Below are positions 16,390 to 24,644 of a stretch of 25,228 nt of DNA, piece by piece. The stretch spans positions 1-25,228 of the IMG/VR virus record IMGVR_UViG_3300032232_000037, one strand, 5' to 3'. A program made the translations under genes and the position numbers. The DNA is from a virus (taxonomy: Duplodnaviria; Caudoviricetes). The notes under the pieces were generated by a model. The model saw only the letters and a list, made by a program, of their open reading frames with translations. It was not told the DNA's origin and made no database searches. Positions within the stretch are counted from its first letter, which is position 1; every line of letters begins with the position of its first letter.

Positions 16390-18159
16390 TTAGGCTCCCA
16401 TAAGCATAAAGATTGAAGGTGTAGGGTCGGTTACAATTGCTGCCCACGAAGCGGCTGTGCCATTCGTAGTCAGATATTTTCCTGAGTTACCAGTCTGTGA
16501 TGGTAGTGCATCTACTGCACCCCAAGATGAGACAGTTCCATTGGTAGTCAGGTACTTACCTGAGTTACCAGTCTGGCTTGGTACTACATATGCTGTTGAG
16601 TCAGTAGCAACCAAAGTCTTAGATGATGGAATTGTTGTTCCATTGATGCTTGTAGCAGTGGCTACGCCTAGCACTGGAGTAACCAGTGTTGGGCTAGTGT
16701 TCATTACAAATGTTGAACCAGTACCAGTCTGGGCAGCAACGCTAGTTGCAGAACCTACAGATGTAATTGGACCAGTCAAGTTGCTAGGAGCAATTGTTAC
16801 TGTGTCAATGTAATTCTTAGTTGCTGCATCCTGAGCATTGGTAGGGTCGCCAAGACCTGTAATCTTGTTAGTACCCATTGCGATAGCACCAGTCATAGTG
16901 CCACCAGCCAAAGGCAACTTAGTTGCTAGGTTGTTAGTAACTGTTGTAGCAAAGTTAGCATCATCGCCAAGGGCTGCTGCTAATTCATCAAGAGTATCTA
17001 GTGCTCCAGGTGCAGATGCAATCAGGTCAGCAATTTCTGTCTGGACGTAAGCAGTAGTAGCAATCTGAGTTGTGTTGGTATTAGCCGCTGCGGTTGGGGC
17101 AGTAGGCACACCAGTCAGCGCTGGGCTAGCCAGCGGAGCATAGGTACTTGCTGCTGTAGCAGTTGCTAACTTAGCATCTAACTGAGTCTGAACTGCAGAG
17201 GTAACACCATCTAGGTATCCAAGTTCAGTTGCAGATACTGTTGATGATGGAGCAATCTTTGTCCACTCAATAGCAGCAGAAGCGTTAATATCTGCGTTAG
17301 TTACTGAGTTAGCAAGGTTTAACTTGCCGTAAGCAATCTGAGCAGATGAGTTGATATCTGCGTTTACAATTGTATCGTTGGCAATCATTGTGCTAGTTAC
17401 TGTGCCAGTGTCAGTTGTGTAGACACCGTTAGTTACTGTGCCAGCATTACCTGAGACTGTGCCAGTTACGTTACCTGTTAGGTTACCTGTAAAGGTACCT
17501 GCAATAGTTCCTGTACCAGTAATGGTTGGACTAGTGATTGTAGGAGTAGCAATTGTTGGGCTAGTGCCAAACACTGCAGCACCTGAGCCAGTTTCATCTG
17601 TCAGAGCAGAACGTAAGTTTGCGCTAGATGGTGTTGCAAGGAATGTAGCAACTCCAGTGCCTAGACCAGACACACCAGTTGAAATTGGTAGACCAGTTGC
17701 ATTGGTAAGAGTTCCAGATGCTGGAGTACCAAGTGCTGGAGTTGTCAAAGTTGGGGAAGTTAAAGTCTTATTAGTCAAAGTCTGAGTATCTGTAGTGCCT
17801 ACTACAGCACCAGTTACACCATGCACTCCAGTGCTTGCCTCAACGTGTGTGTTGGCTTCGCGGTAGTCACGACCAATTGCCATGTGGCGAACCACTGCAC
17901 CAGCAGAGTGAGCCTGTCCAGAAGAACCATCAATGCCACGGGTAATGGTTAGCGTATTAGTACTAACCGCCGTGACATCTACAATTTCTTCAAGGGCTGT
18001 ATCTGGGTCAATGACAATTGTAAAGGTTTCGCCTGCCGAAATGGTTACACCACCAAGCAGCGCTGAACCCGATACTACAGTTGCACTAGTACCAGAGGAA
18101 GTAAGTGCGCCAGTCAGCGTAGTTTGCTGAGAGCGGGATGAATATTTTCTAGTTGTCAT
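16390..18159 (-). CDS. Tail fibre protein
   Basis: 589 aa T/G/S/A-rich. Contains fibre motifs [53 protein letters not shown] and [20 protein letters not shown]. Confidence 0.88.
   Translation of the reverse strand: MTTRKYSSRSQQTTLTGALTSSGTSATVVSGSALLGGVTISAGETFTIVIDPDTALEEIVDVTAVSTNTLTITRGIDGSSGQAHSAGAVVRHMAIGRDYREANTHVEASTGVHGVTGAVVGTTDTQTLTNKTLTSPTLTTPALGTPASGTLTNATGLPISTGVSGLGTGVATFLATPSSANLRSALTDETGSGAAVFGTSPTIATPTITSPTITGTGTIAGTFTGNLTGNVTGTVSGNAGTVTNGVYTTDTGTVTSTMIANDTIVNADINSSAQIAYGKLNLANSVTNADINASAAIEWTKIAPSSTVSATELGYLDGVTSAVQTQLDAKLATATAASTYAPLASPALTGVPTAPTAAANTNTTQIATTAYVQTEIADLIASAPGALDTLDELAAALGDDANFATTVTNNLATKLPLAGGTMTGAIAMGTNKITGLGDPTNAQDAATKNYIDTVTIAPSNLTGPITSVGSATSVAAQTGTGSTFVMNTSPTLVTPVLGVATATSINGTTIPSSKTLVATDSTAYVVPSQTGNSGKYLTTNGTVSSWGAVDALPSQTGNSGKYLTTNGTAASWAAIVTDPTPSIFMLMGA
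16444..16581 (-). repeat. Two-copy 78-bp-period repeat at the fibre C-terminus ([18 protein letters not shown])
   Basis: CCTGAGTTACCAGTCTG occurs at 16481-16497 and 16559-16575, with similar flanks. Confidence 0.85.
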
Positions 18160-18167
18160 TTATTAAC

Positions 18168-19091
18168 CTATCGGCTGAAGTGGACGCGGATTGGATACTG
18201 CTGTTGTTGCGCCTGAGTTTCCTCGTTGAGGCGCTGTGTGTATAGTGCATACAGTTGCTTAGTTGCATTCTGTGAAGAACCAAATGGACGCTTGCTATCA
18301 ATCTCATCAGCCTGTGGGCTAACCTGTGTAGCACGGGCTGGGTCAAGGAATGTAAGCAAACGATACGCTGCACCAAGAATTACAATATCTCGGCAAGATT
18401 CTGGCAAACCAGTCTGAGTAGCAAAAGATGTTTCTGCACTTGTGCTTAGTGTGTCTGGAGCCTTAGCATAGGTAACCTTTACTGTTCGCCCAGAAATAAT
18501 TGGGTCTCCAATAGTTACAGTTTGTGCTGTAGCACCCCATGTTGTTGAGTCTGGATTTGAGTCCCAATCCCAACGCTTAACTCTAATCCATTCTTGTGAT
18601 GGTCCAATTGATTGCCAGTGCATTGTCAAAATATTTTGGATGTTAAGACCAGTTAGCGCATAGGTTGTTACTGCTGAGTTGTATGTAAATGTAGTTTGGT
18701 CTACAGCAAAGATAGTCGCGCCAATTGCGCGGATAGTATCTTGAATAGCACGCTTAATAACAAAGCGTGGAAATGTAGGAGAAATAGTTACTTTAGTTCC
18801 AGCAGTATGTGCAGCAGCAGTAGTACCTAGATAGCCACGACCATAAGGAGAGATAGTTGCAGTACTGGCTACACGGTCAAATGAATCTGCCCATAGCAAC
18901 TCATCATTAATCTCAAGAATACCTTTACCTACATTTTCAGTAGAGCCAAGGCTAAGAATAATTGGAGATGCAATAGTAGATGCAGATGCTGTTACTGCGC
19001 CAGTAAGGTGGGTAGCACGGTCTTGCTGAAGGGTATAACCAGCAAGGTTGATAAGCACTTCATCCGTTAAAGAGTCAAGCGTTATTGTCAT
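18168..19091 (-). CDS. Putative head-tail adaptor / tail tubular A-like protein
   Basis: 307 aa with helical ends (FPRFVIKRAIQDTI; LPESCRDIVILGAAYRL) around a beta insert, just upstream of the fibre. Function inferred. Confidence 0.55.
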   Translation of the reverse strand: MTITLDSLTDEVLINLAGYTLQQDRATHLTGAVTASASTIASPIILSLGSTENVGKGILEINDELLWADSFDRVASTATISPYGRGYLGTTAAAHTAGTKVTISPTFPRFVIKRAIQDTIRAIGATIFAVDQTTFTYNSAVTTYALTGLNIQNILTMHWQSIGPSQEWIRVKRWDWDSNPDSTTWGATAQTVTIGDPIISGRTVKVTYAKAPDTLSTSAETSFATQTGLPESCRDIVILGAAYRLLTFLDPARATQVSPQADEIDSKRPFGSSQNATKQLYALYTQRLNEETQAQQQQYPIRVHFSR

Positions 19092-19357
19092 TATAGAGTC
19101 CTTAATGCGTCAACCGCAGATTTGCCAGTAGTGCCAGCAAGTTCATTACATACACCATTTAAGTCTTTGAAAGCAGATGGTTGTCGTGCTGCACTAACTT
19201 TGTAGTTAAGAGCACCAATCAACCCTTTGCCAGTAGTACCAGCCCAGGTATTAGCAGCACCCTGCTCATCTTTAAACGCAGTACGGGCAGGATAAGTACC
19301 ACCATTAGCCAACCTGTTTAACTCTGCACACAATGTGCTACCTGCTGTACCTGGCAT
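19091..19357 (-). CDS. Hypothetical protein with internal duplication
   Basis: AFKDEQGAANTWAGTTGKGLIGALN versus AFKDLNGVCNELAGTTGKSAVDALR. Confidence 0.7.
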   Translation of the reverse strand: MPGTAGSTLCAELNRLANGGTYPARTAFKDEQGAANTWAGTTGKGLIGALNYKVSAARQPSAFKDLNGVCNELAGTTGKSAVDALRTL

Positions 19358-19360
19358 TTT

Positions 19361-20080
19361 TTACCTCTTTCGATGATGTTTTGGTAATATTAAATTAGAT
19401 GGCTTTTCTACTGCACCAAAGAATGCTTTGTAGTAATGCTCATCAAATGAAAATCTTTTCATGTGCGGAACTGTTGCCCCAGTGTGGCACCAAACTGGAA
19501 CCTCTGCCTTATCACATACTGCAAAGAAATAAATGTCTTCGCCCATAAAGGTATTGCCAACACCTACCTCAGTAAAGAACGGTGCATCTGGCAAAACTTC
19601 TTTAATCTTAGTTACTGCATTACGGTGCATTAGGACAAATCCCATGCCTGCTGCACCAACTTGAATAAACTTATTTTCTGGCAGTGGGTGGATTCTCTGA
19701 ATGCCAACCACGCCATCTGCCTCGCCAAACTCGTATACCGTAGGCATAGGAATCATTAGCGGGTCTTCTGGATTATCTGTTGTAAAGTAAACACCAGTTA
19801 CAATAGGACGCTCATTAGCATCCTTGTTATCCCACAGTAGTTTAAACTTATCAACACTAATAACTACATCTGAATCTACCCAAAGTAACCAGTCTGATTT
19901 GTTCTGGTCATACCAGTAGTTAATTACTTTTTCACGCTGTCTGGCAATCTGGTTGCCCTGACTACGCAGTGAGGTTTCAAATGTAATACCTGACTTAAGT
20001 AGTACATCTACTACACCCTGCATAAACTTGCCGTCTACATTGCCGTTATCACACCAAGCAATAGATACTGTTTCTTGCAT
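19361..20080 (-). CDS. Glycosyltransferase (GT-A fold, GT2-like)
   Basis: IARQRE, WLLWVDSD (DxD), GAAGMGFVLMHR, MGEDIYF and C-terminal H motifs. Confidence 0.82.
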   Translation of the reverse strand: MQETVSIAWCDNGNVDGKFMQGVVDVLLKSGITFETSLRSQGNQIARQREKVINYWYDQNKSDWLLWVDSDVVISVDKFKLLWDNKDANERPIVTGVYFTTDNPEDPLMIPMPTVYEFGEADGVVGIQRIHPLPENKFIQVGAAGMGFVLMHRNAVTKIKEVLPDAPFFTEVGVGNTFMGEDIYFFAVCDKAEVPVWCHTGATVPHMKRFSFDEHYYKAFFGAVEKPSNLILPKHHRKR

Positions 20081-20095
20081 TGTCCCCTACCTTTG

Positions 20096-20251
20096 TTATT
20101 TACTTCTTTTGACTGCTGCGTTATCTACAAGATTTGGATAAGGCCGCCCTGCTGCTTTAGCACGGGCTTTAGCCTTAGCCTTCTGTGCTGGTGTAAGTGG
20201 TGTTGATTTTTTTTTTGGGTTCTTTTTATCCCAGAATGCTTTCTTTTTCAC
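20096..20251 (-). CDS. Small Lys-rich basic protein (51 aa, not in ORF track)
   Basis: Translated by hand: MKKKAFWDKKNPKKKSTPLTPAQKAKAKARAKAAGRPYPNLVDNAAVKRSK. GTGA overlap with the upstream stop. Confidence 0.75.
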   Translation of the reverse strand: MKKKAFWDKKNPKKKSTPLTPAQKAKAKARAKAAGRPYPNLVDNAAVKRSK

Positions 20252-20505
20252 CACTTCACCTTGTCTGCCCAGTACGCTGCTGACATCTTGCCTTTGGCAA
20301 TGTTCTTAGCGTGACGTGCTTTAAAAGACTTTTGACGGGCTGTTGGCTTTCTGTCACCAGTAACCCCCTGCTGACCAAAGCGAATAGTCTTGACCTTATC
20401 GCCTTCTTTAGCCACAACTACGTGTGACTTCTTTGGATGATTTGGTGTGCGTTTAGGCTTGTTAAAGCCTGACACTCCTGCTCGCTTTAGTCTAGGGTCT
20501 GTCAT
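20248..20505 (-). CDS. Conserved basic phage protein (IRFGQQG / SFKARH / SAAYWA motifs)
   Basis: 85 aa, K/R-rich, coupled to neighbours. Motif set seen in head regions of other phages. Confidence 0.75.
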   Translation of the reverse strand: MTDPRLKRAGVSGFNKPKRTPNHPKKSHVVVAKEGDKVKTIRFGQQGVTGDRKPTARQKSFKARHAKNIAKGKMSAAYWADKVKW

Positions 20506-20672
20506 TATCCTTTAACTTTCTTTAAACGTGGGTTCTTCTTCTTAGCAGCAGCACTGGCTTTACGGCTAGATGATGCAAGAATTGCACCTGCTGCTTCCAT
20601 AGATACATTGCTCTTCTTAGCAATCTTCTTTTGGACTGCTTTAAATCCTGGATGCTTTGCTGACTTCTTCAT
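20505..20672 (-). CDS. Small Lys-rich basic protein (55 aa, not in ORF track)
   Basis: Translated by hand: MKKSAKHPGFKAVQKKIAKKSNVSMEAAGAILASSSRKASAAAKKKNPRLKKVKG. ATGA and TAATG overlaps at its ends. Confidence 0.78.
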   Translation of the reverse strand: MKKSAKHPGFKAVQKKIAKKSNVSMEAAGAILASSSRKASAAAKKKNPRLKKVKG

Positions 20673-20890
20673 CCTTTAATTCGCTTTCCTTTAGAGTCGT
20701 AGCGTGCTCCCATAAAGAACGCACCAAAAGCCTGACCTTGTTCTGCTCTTGCTTTTTTATTAGCAGCAACAGCACGTTCATCTGCTCCTGGGCGTATATC
20801 TGCAGAAGCATTATCTGCTACACGCCATGCTTGATAGGCTTGATTAATCTCGCTAGCAAGATTCTCAAGGTAGTTTTTCTTTTTAGCCAT
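20669..20890 (-). CDS. Small basic hypothetical protein
   Basis: 73 aa with basic termini. Fills the gap between coupled neighbours. Confidence 0.7.
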   Translation of the reverse strand: MAKKKNYLENLASEINQAYQAWRVADNASADIRPGADERAVAANKKARAEQGQAFGAFFMGARYDSKGKRIKG

Positions 20891-20892
20891 GA

Positions 20893-21069
20893 CTACTTCT
20901 TCTTGCCCATCTTTTTCATAGCAGCCTTCTTTGCAGTCTTCTTCATACCCTTTTTCATTTCCATCATCTTCTCAGACTTGGACTCCATCTTTTCGCCAGC
21001 GGCGTATGCCTTAGCGGCTTTCTTTCCTGCTGGTGTATAAGGGAACTTCTTATTTCCTACCATTGGCAT
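20893..21069 (-). CDS. Small Lys/Met-rich basic protein (58 aa, not in ORF track)
   Basis: Translated by hand: MPMVGNKKFPYTPAGKKAAKAYAAGEKMESKSEKMMEMKKGMKKTAKKAAMKKMGKKK. TAATG overlap with the upstream gene. Confidence 0.75.
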   Translation of the reverse strand: MPMVGNKKFPYTPAGKKAAKAYAAGEKMESKSEKMMEMKKGMKKTAKKAAMKKMGKKK

Positions 21070-21383
21070 TATATTTGTCCTATCTCTTTCATTACTTCAG
21101 CGGTTTTTTTATTGATGTCTTTTGCTTTAGGCATAGTATCTGCATCGTATGCCTTGCCTAAAGTTTCTGATGCAGTCTGTGCTGCTTGTATATCTTGCAT
21201 TCTTGTGCCAGAAGGCTGTATGCCTTGTGCTCTAGCATCTCGATATGCTTGTAGTTCTGCATTCCATTTTTTATCTGGAATGTCTCTTGCCGCATCTCCA
21301 ACCCCTAGTTCAAGGGTTAGAACCTTGCAGCCAAAACATCCTTCAACATACTCTGGATGCGTTTGCTTTCTATGTAGACTCAT
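21069..21383 (-). CDS. Hypothetical protein with N-terminal H..H..CxxC motif
   Basis: HRKQTHPEYVEGCFGCK. ATGA overlap with the upstream gene. Confidence 0.7.
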   Translation of the reverse strand: MSLHRKQTHPEYVEGCFGCKVLTLELGVGDAARDIPDKKWNAELQAYRDARAQGIQPSGTRMQDIQAAQTASETLGKAYDADTMPKAKDINKKTAEVMKEIGQI

Positions 21384-21649
21384 ATTGCTGTGAAGTTAGC
21401 CTCTGTTACACCAATGCCACCTGCAATTAAAGCGGCTTTAGTTGCTTCAGAAACAATATGGTTTCTTCCGCCAAGGTAGATTTCTTGATAGTCATCTAGT
21501 TGGTCATCTAATAAATACCGTGTAGTTGAGTATGTCCCGCCGCTTTTAACAACTGTTAGTCCCTTATCTAATTTATAGAAATGAAACAAACGATGTCCAC
21601 CTGCTGGTCCTTCACGGACAATTGGTGTTTTAAACACGTACTCTGTCAT
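21380..21649 (-). CDS. Hypothetical protein downstream of the capsid gene (possible virion protein)
   Basis: 89 aa, strong SD TAAGGAGG. Confidence 0.7.
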   Translation of the reverse strand: MTEYVFKTPIVREGPAGGHRLFHFYKLDKGLTVVKSGGTYSTTRYLLDDQLDDYQEIYLGGRNHIVSEATKAALIAGGIGVTEANFTAI

Positions 21650-21674
21650 GCGTCCTCCTTAATGGACTTACTGA

Positions 21675-21702
21675 TAGGCAGGGGCACGTGCGCCCCTACC
21701 TA
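21675..21702 (-). terminator. Hairpin after the major capsid gene (attenuator or mRNA stabiliser)
   Basis: Minus strand UAGGUAGGGGC/GCCCCUGCCUA, an 11-bp stem with one G-U pair. No U-tract, so probably leaky. Confidence 0.55.
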
Positions 21703-21714
21703 CCCGTCAATCAA

Positions 21715-22668
21715 CTAAGCGATTGATGAACCTGATTCGATTCGGTATAGTGCTTCTTCGCGGTAGCGAGCAAAGCCAAGTACGCCGTACCAACCCATTG
21801 GGCGATGACGCATTAACTTATCAACTACTGGTCCGATTACTACGTGTGGTTCTTCTGCTACTGCTTCTGCCATTGCTTGCTGTCCAGCAATGATTGTGCG
21901 ATAGTTACGAGCAGATGATGCTCCGTCTGTAGCGTTGTATAGACGTGGTGACTCTACAAAGTATGCACCTTCGTATGTTCCAATCTCACCAGACCAGATG
22001 CGGTCCTGTGAAGAACCGTACTGATTTGGAAGAAGCCATCCTGCTGAACCTGTCTCAGCACGTAGGTCGTGTGAAACTTCTGGGTGGATACCACACCAGT
22101 ATAGTGAACCCTTACGAGCAACTGACTTACCAGCACGCAACTTAGCAACAGCCTTGCGGATGTTTGCTGAAGATAGTGTTGCTGCTGCTGTGATTGTTGC
22201 TGTTGAAGTTGCTGTTGAACCTGAGTAGATTACGTTTGTACCGCCACGCAATGTTGTCATTGCTACTGCGTCAATAGAATCTGCAAGGTTGAATGCAATA
22301 ATGTTAGCAATTGCTGGGTCTACATCAGCAAGGCTGAAGAGTTCCAAAGCACGTGTAACAAGTACTGAGTTACCATACTCGTTAAGAGTAATAGTAACTG
22401 ATGTTGGTGTTGACAGTGCTACTGAATCTGGGTCAGCATCTTCTGTCAATGCGGTTGTTGCCGCTGAAAGGTCAACGTAGCGCTGTAGAACTACTGTTGA
22501 ACCTGGGATTGCTTGCTTAGCAGGACGCTTATCTGCGACAGAACGAATTAGGGGTTCTGAGCGGAGAGCGAACTCTAGTAGGCGGTCATACGCCTTCTGT
22601 ACTAGACCTGCTGCACCTGCTGTACCTCCAAGAGTAGAGGAACCAGTTGATGTAAAGGCATTAGCCAT
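21715..22668 (-). CDS. Major capsid protein (N4-gp56-like family, HK97 fold)
   Basis: TLNEYGN, IHPEVSHDLR, GEIGTYEGAYFVES and DKLMRHRPMGWYG..GF motifs. SD GGAGGTG. Follows the scaffold gene. Confidence 0.9.
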   Translation of the reverse strand: MANAFTSTGSSTLGGTAGAAGLVQKAYDRLLEFALRSEPLIRSVADKRPAKQAIPGSTVVLQRYVDLSAATTALTEDADPDSVALSTPTSVTITLNEYGNSVLVTRALELFSLADVDPAIANIIAFNLADSIDAVAMTTLRGGTNVIYSGSTATSTATITAAATLSSANIRKAVAKLRAGKSVARKGSLYWCGIHPEVSHDLRAETGSAGWLLPNQYGSSQDRIWSGEIGTYEGAYFVESPRLYNATDGASSARNYRTIIAGQQAMAEAVAEEPHVVIGPVVDKLMRHRPMGWYGVLGFARYREEALYRIESGSSIA

Positions 22669-22702
22669 GAGTTGTCACCTCCAAGTGACTAGGAGCGGAA
22701 AA

Positions 22703-23176
22703 TTATTGCGAGCGAAGGAAAGCAATAAGTTCTTCTTGAGAGTTAAACTCTCCGCCCAAACGTGCTTCTAAATCTTCTGCCCGTGATGGAGTCCCAGCGT
22801 TCTGAGTAATAATGTCCTGCTGACGTAATGTCGCACGGTCTACCTCAGTAATACGCTGTTCTTGTTCATCACGTGTGTATCCAAACAAGTCTCCGTTATC
22901 ATCGAGCCAGTTCATAACTGTCTCCTCGTTAACTTCTTCCAAGTCTTTTAGGATAATACGTGCTGCTTTAGGATTGACTCCCTTTTGTTCTAGGACTTCT
23001 TTGACTGTACGCTCACGCTGCACCTTGGATAAACCCTCAAGTTGCTCAGTAAGTTCCTTGATACGCTTCTCATCTGCTCGTTTGGCTTTGCGTAACTTTT
23101 TTACTAAGTCATCGCCACCAAGGTTCTGGTCGGTATCTAGTTCATCGTCTTCGTCATCCCAGTAGTTGTTGCTCAT
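22703..23176 (-). CDS. Putative capsid scaffolding protein
   Basis: Acidic N-terminus, coiled coil and short C-terminal helix, directly upstream of the capsid gene. Confidence 0.72.
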   Translation of the reverse strand: MSNNYWDDEDDELDTDQNLGGDDLVKKLRKAKRADEKRIKELTEQLEGLSKVQRERTVKEVLEQKGVNPKAARIILKDLEEVNEETVMNWLDDNGDLFGYTRDEQEQRITEVDRATLRQQDIITQNAGTPSRAEDLEARLGGEFNSQEELIAFLRSQ

Positions 23177-23294
23177 AGCAACCCACCCTTCTATTCGTTG
23201 TTAGTTCGCAGGCCACAGTTCAGTTCGGGGAAACTGGCTGGCTCCTACTATCGGTCTATTACACTGCATGGGGCCGATAGGTCCATGTCAGGAA

Positions 23295-24644
23295 TTAGAA
23301 TGTATTTCTGCTTGCTGACTTAAGAGATACTTTGCTAGTACCAGATGCGCCGCTCATGCGACCAGTCTCTAACTTAGCAAGGTCTTCAAGTTCTTTCTTA
23401 GCAGTGGCTGACTGACGTAGGTAAACATCTTCAGCCTGTTGTTGTGTGTATGTGCCATTCTCATAGGCACGTAACTGAGCAGCACGTGGAAGAACGCTAG
23501 CAATTTGAGCAGCACCAAGTTGTGCTTGCTCTCGGCTAATACCAAGGGCTGCATACTCTTCCATTGATGCGGTATTAATCTTAAGTCCTTGCGCTAAGAA
23601 TGCTCCACCAATTGAAGTAGCCTGAGCCTTAGCCTCTAACTTAGGTAGGGTTTCTTCTGGCTTTAAGAAGTACGCAAAAATATCGCCATCGTTAATCATA
23701 GGATAAAGTTCTTTAATTGCCTTAATAGTATTGTTATCTGACTTAGAAAGACCAGAAGCAATATCCATTCTGCGCTTTAACTCAGTTGGTGCAATTGTGC
23801 CACCAATATACTTAGCAAAGGTAGCCTGCTGTTGTTCACGTGTAGAACCCATAAGAGACTTTTGACCATAGGCTGTAAAGATTTCAGCCATTGTATTTTC
23901 TAGGTCTAGGTATGTACCCTCATCATAGACATTTAATCCTGCTTTTCTACGGGCTTCATTACCAGCAAAACGAGCCTTATACTCTGGACGTTCACGCAAA
24001 ATCATAGTTGCCTGTGCTGATGGAGTTCCGTTAATAATCATTTCTTTAACAGCATCAGCCAATGTGCCTAAACCATACTTGTCAAACTCTGCTTTTAAAA
24101 CAGCCCAAGCAGATAGTCTTTGTGATTTAACTGCTGCTGCTTCTGAAGCGGCTGCTAAATCTGCAGCGTACTTAGTGGCAGCGCCAGAATTGTCGCTACC
24201 TCCGCTACCGCCACTACTTCCGAAACTGCCTCCTTTGCCGCCTGTACCACCGTCATTTGTTTGATACTTATATTTACGCCAAACACCACCAAAGTTAGCC
24301 CAATACATTCCAGGACCTGGGTCTTCACTTGGCATTGGATTATCTGGATTGTCTCCAGCCTGTGTTTCTTCACGTGACATTCTTTGCTTATCAATACTGC
24401 CTCGTGTAAATGCTGCTCTTTCTTCATCAGTCATTTTGTTTAAAGGCTTTGAACGGTCACCAGCCATACCTGCTTCATAGGCAAGAGTTACTGAGTCAAT
24501 ACCAAGTTCAATAGCAGCATCACGAGATGCTTCATACATCTGTTGTTCAGTTATTTGCGAAGTATCAGTTTTAGTACCAAAGATTCTTTTAGGTTGTTCT
24601 TGGTCATCATCAATTCGCATTAAATCTGAATTAAAGTTAAACAT
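23295..24644 (-). CDS. Putative internal virion / ejection-like protein
   Basis: 449 aa, mostly helical, with a Gly-rich linker GGTGGKGGSFGSSGGSGGS and YKARFAGN motif. Function inferred from position. Confidence 0.45.
   Translation of the reverse strand: MFNFNSDLMRIDDDQEQPKRIFGTKTDTSQITEQQMYEASRDAAIELGIDSVTLAYEAGMAGDRSKPLNKMTDEERAAFTRGSIDKQRMSREETQAGDNPDNPMPSEDPGPGMYWANFGGVWRKYKYQTNDGGTGGKGGSFGSSGGSGGSDNSGAATKYAADLAAASEAAAVKSQRLSAWAVLKAEFDKYGLGTLADAVKEMIINGTPSAQATMILRERPEYKARFAGNEARRKAGLNVYDEGTYLDLENTMAEIFTAYGQKSLMGSTREQQQATFAKYIGGTIAPTELKRRMDIASGLSKSDNNTIKAIKELYPMINDGDIFAYFLKPEETLPKLEAKAQATSIGGAFLAQGLKINTASMEEYAALGISREQAQLGAAQIASVLPRAAQLRAYENGTYTQQQAEDVYLRQSATAKKELEDLAKLETGRMSGASGTSKVSLKSASRNTF

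Noticed and set aside
16457-18417. Several + strand ORFs antisense to the fibre and adaptor genes (and similar antisense or nested ORFs elsewhere, e.g. 3203-3532, 4557-4886, 20657-21040)
   Set aside because: Shadow frames produced by the codon bias of real genes. No motifs, and they run against operon direction.
20207-20216. T10 homopolymer as a phase-variation or frameshift site
   Set aside because: It simply encodes Pro-Lys-Lys-Lys in frame in a Lys-rich 51-aa gene. No evidence of slippage without reads.
23259-23297. Stop-codon readthrough of the 449-aa gene stimulated by the downstream pseudoknot
   Set aside because: The frame meets another TAA after 11 codons, so no fusion to the scaffold. 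No slippery site seen.
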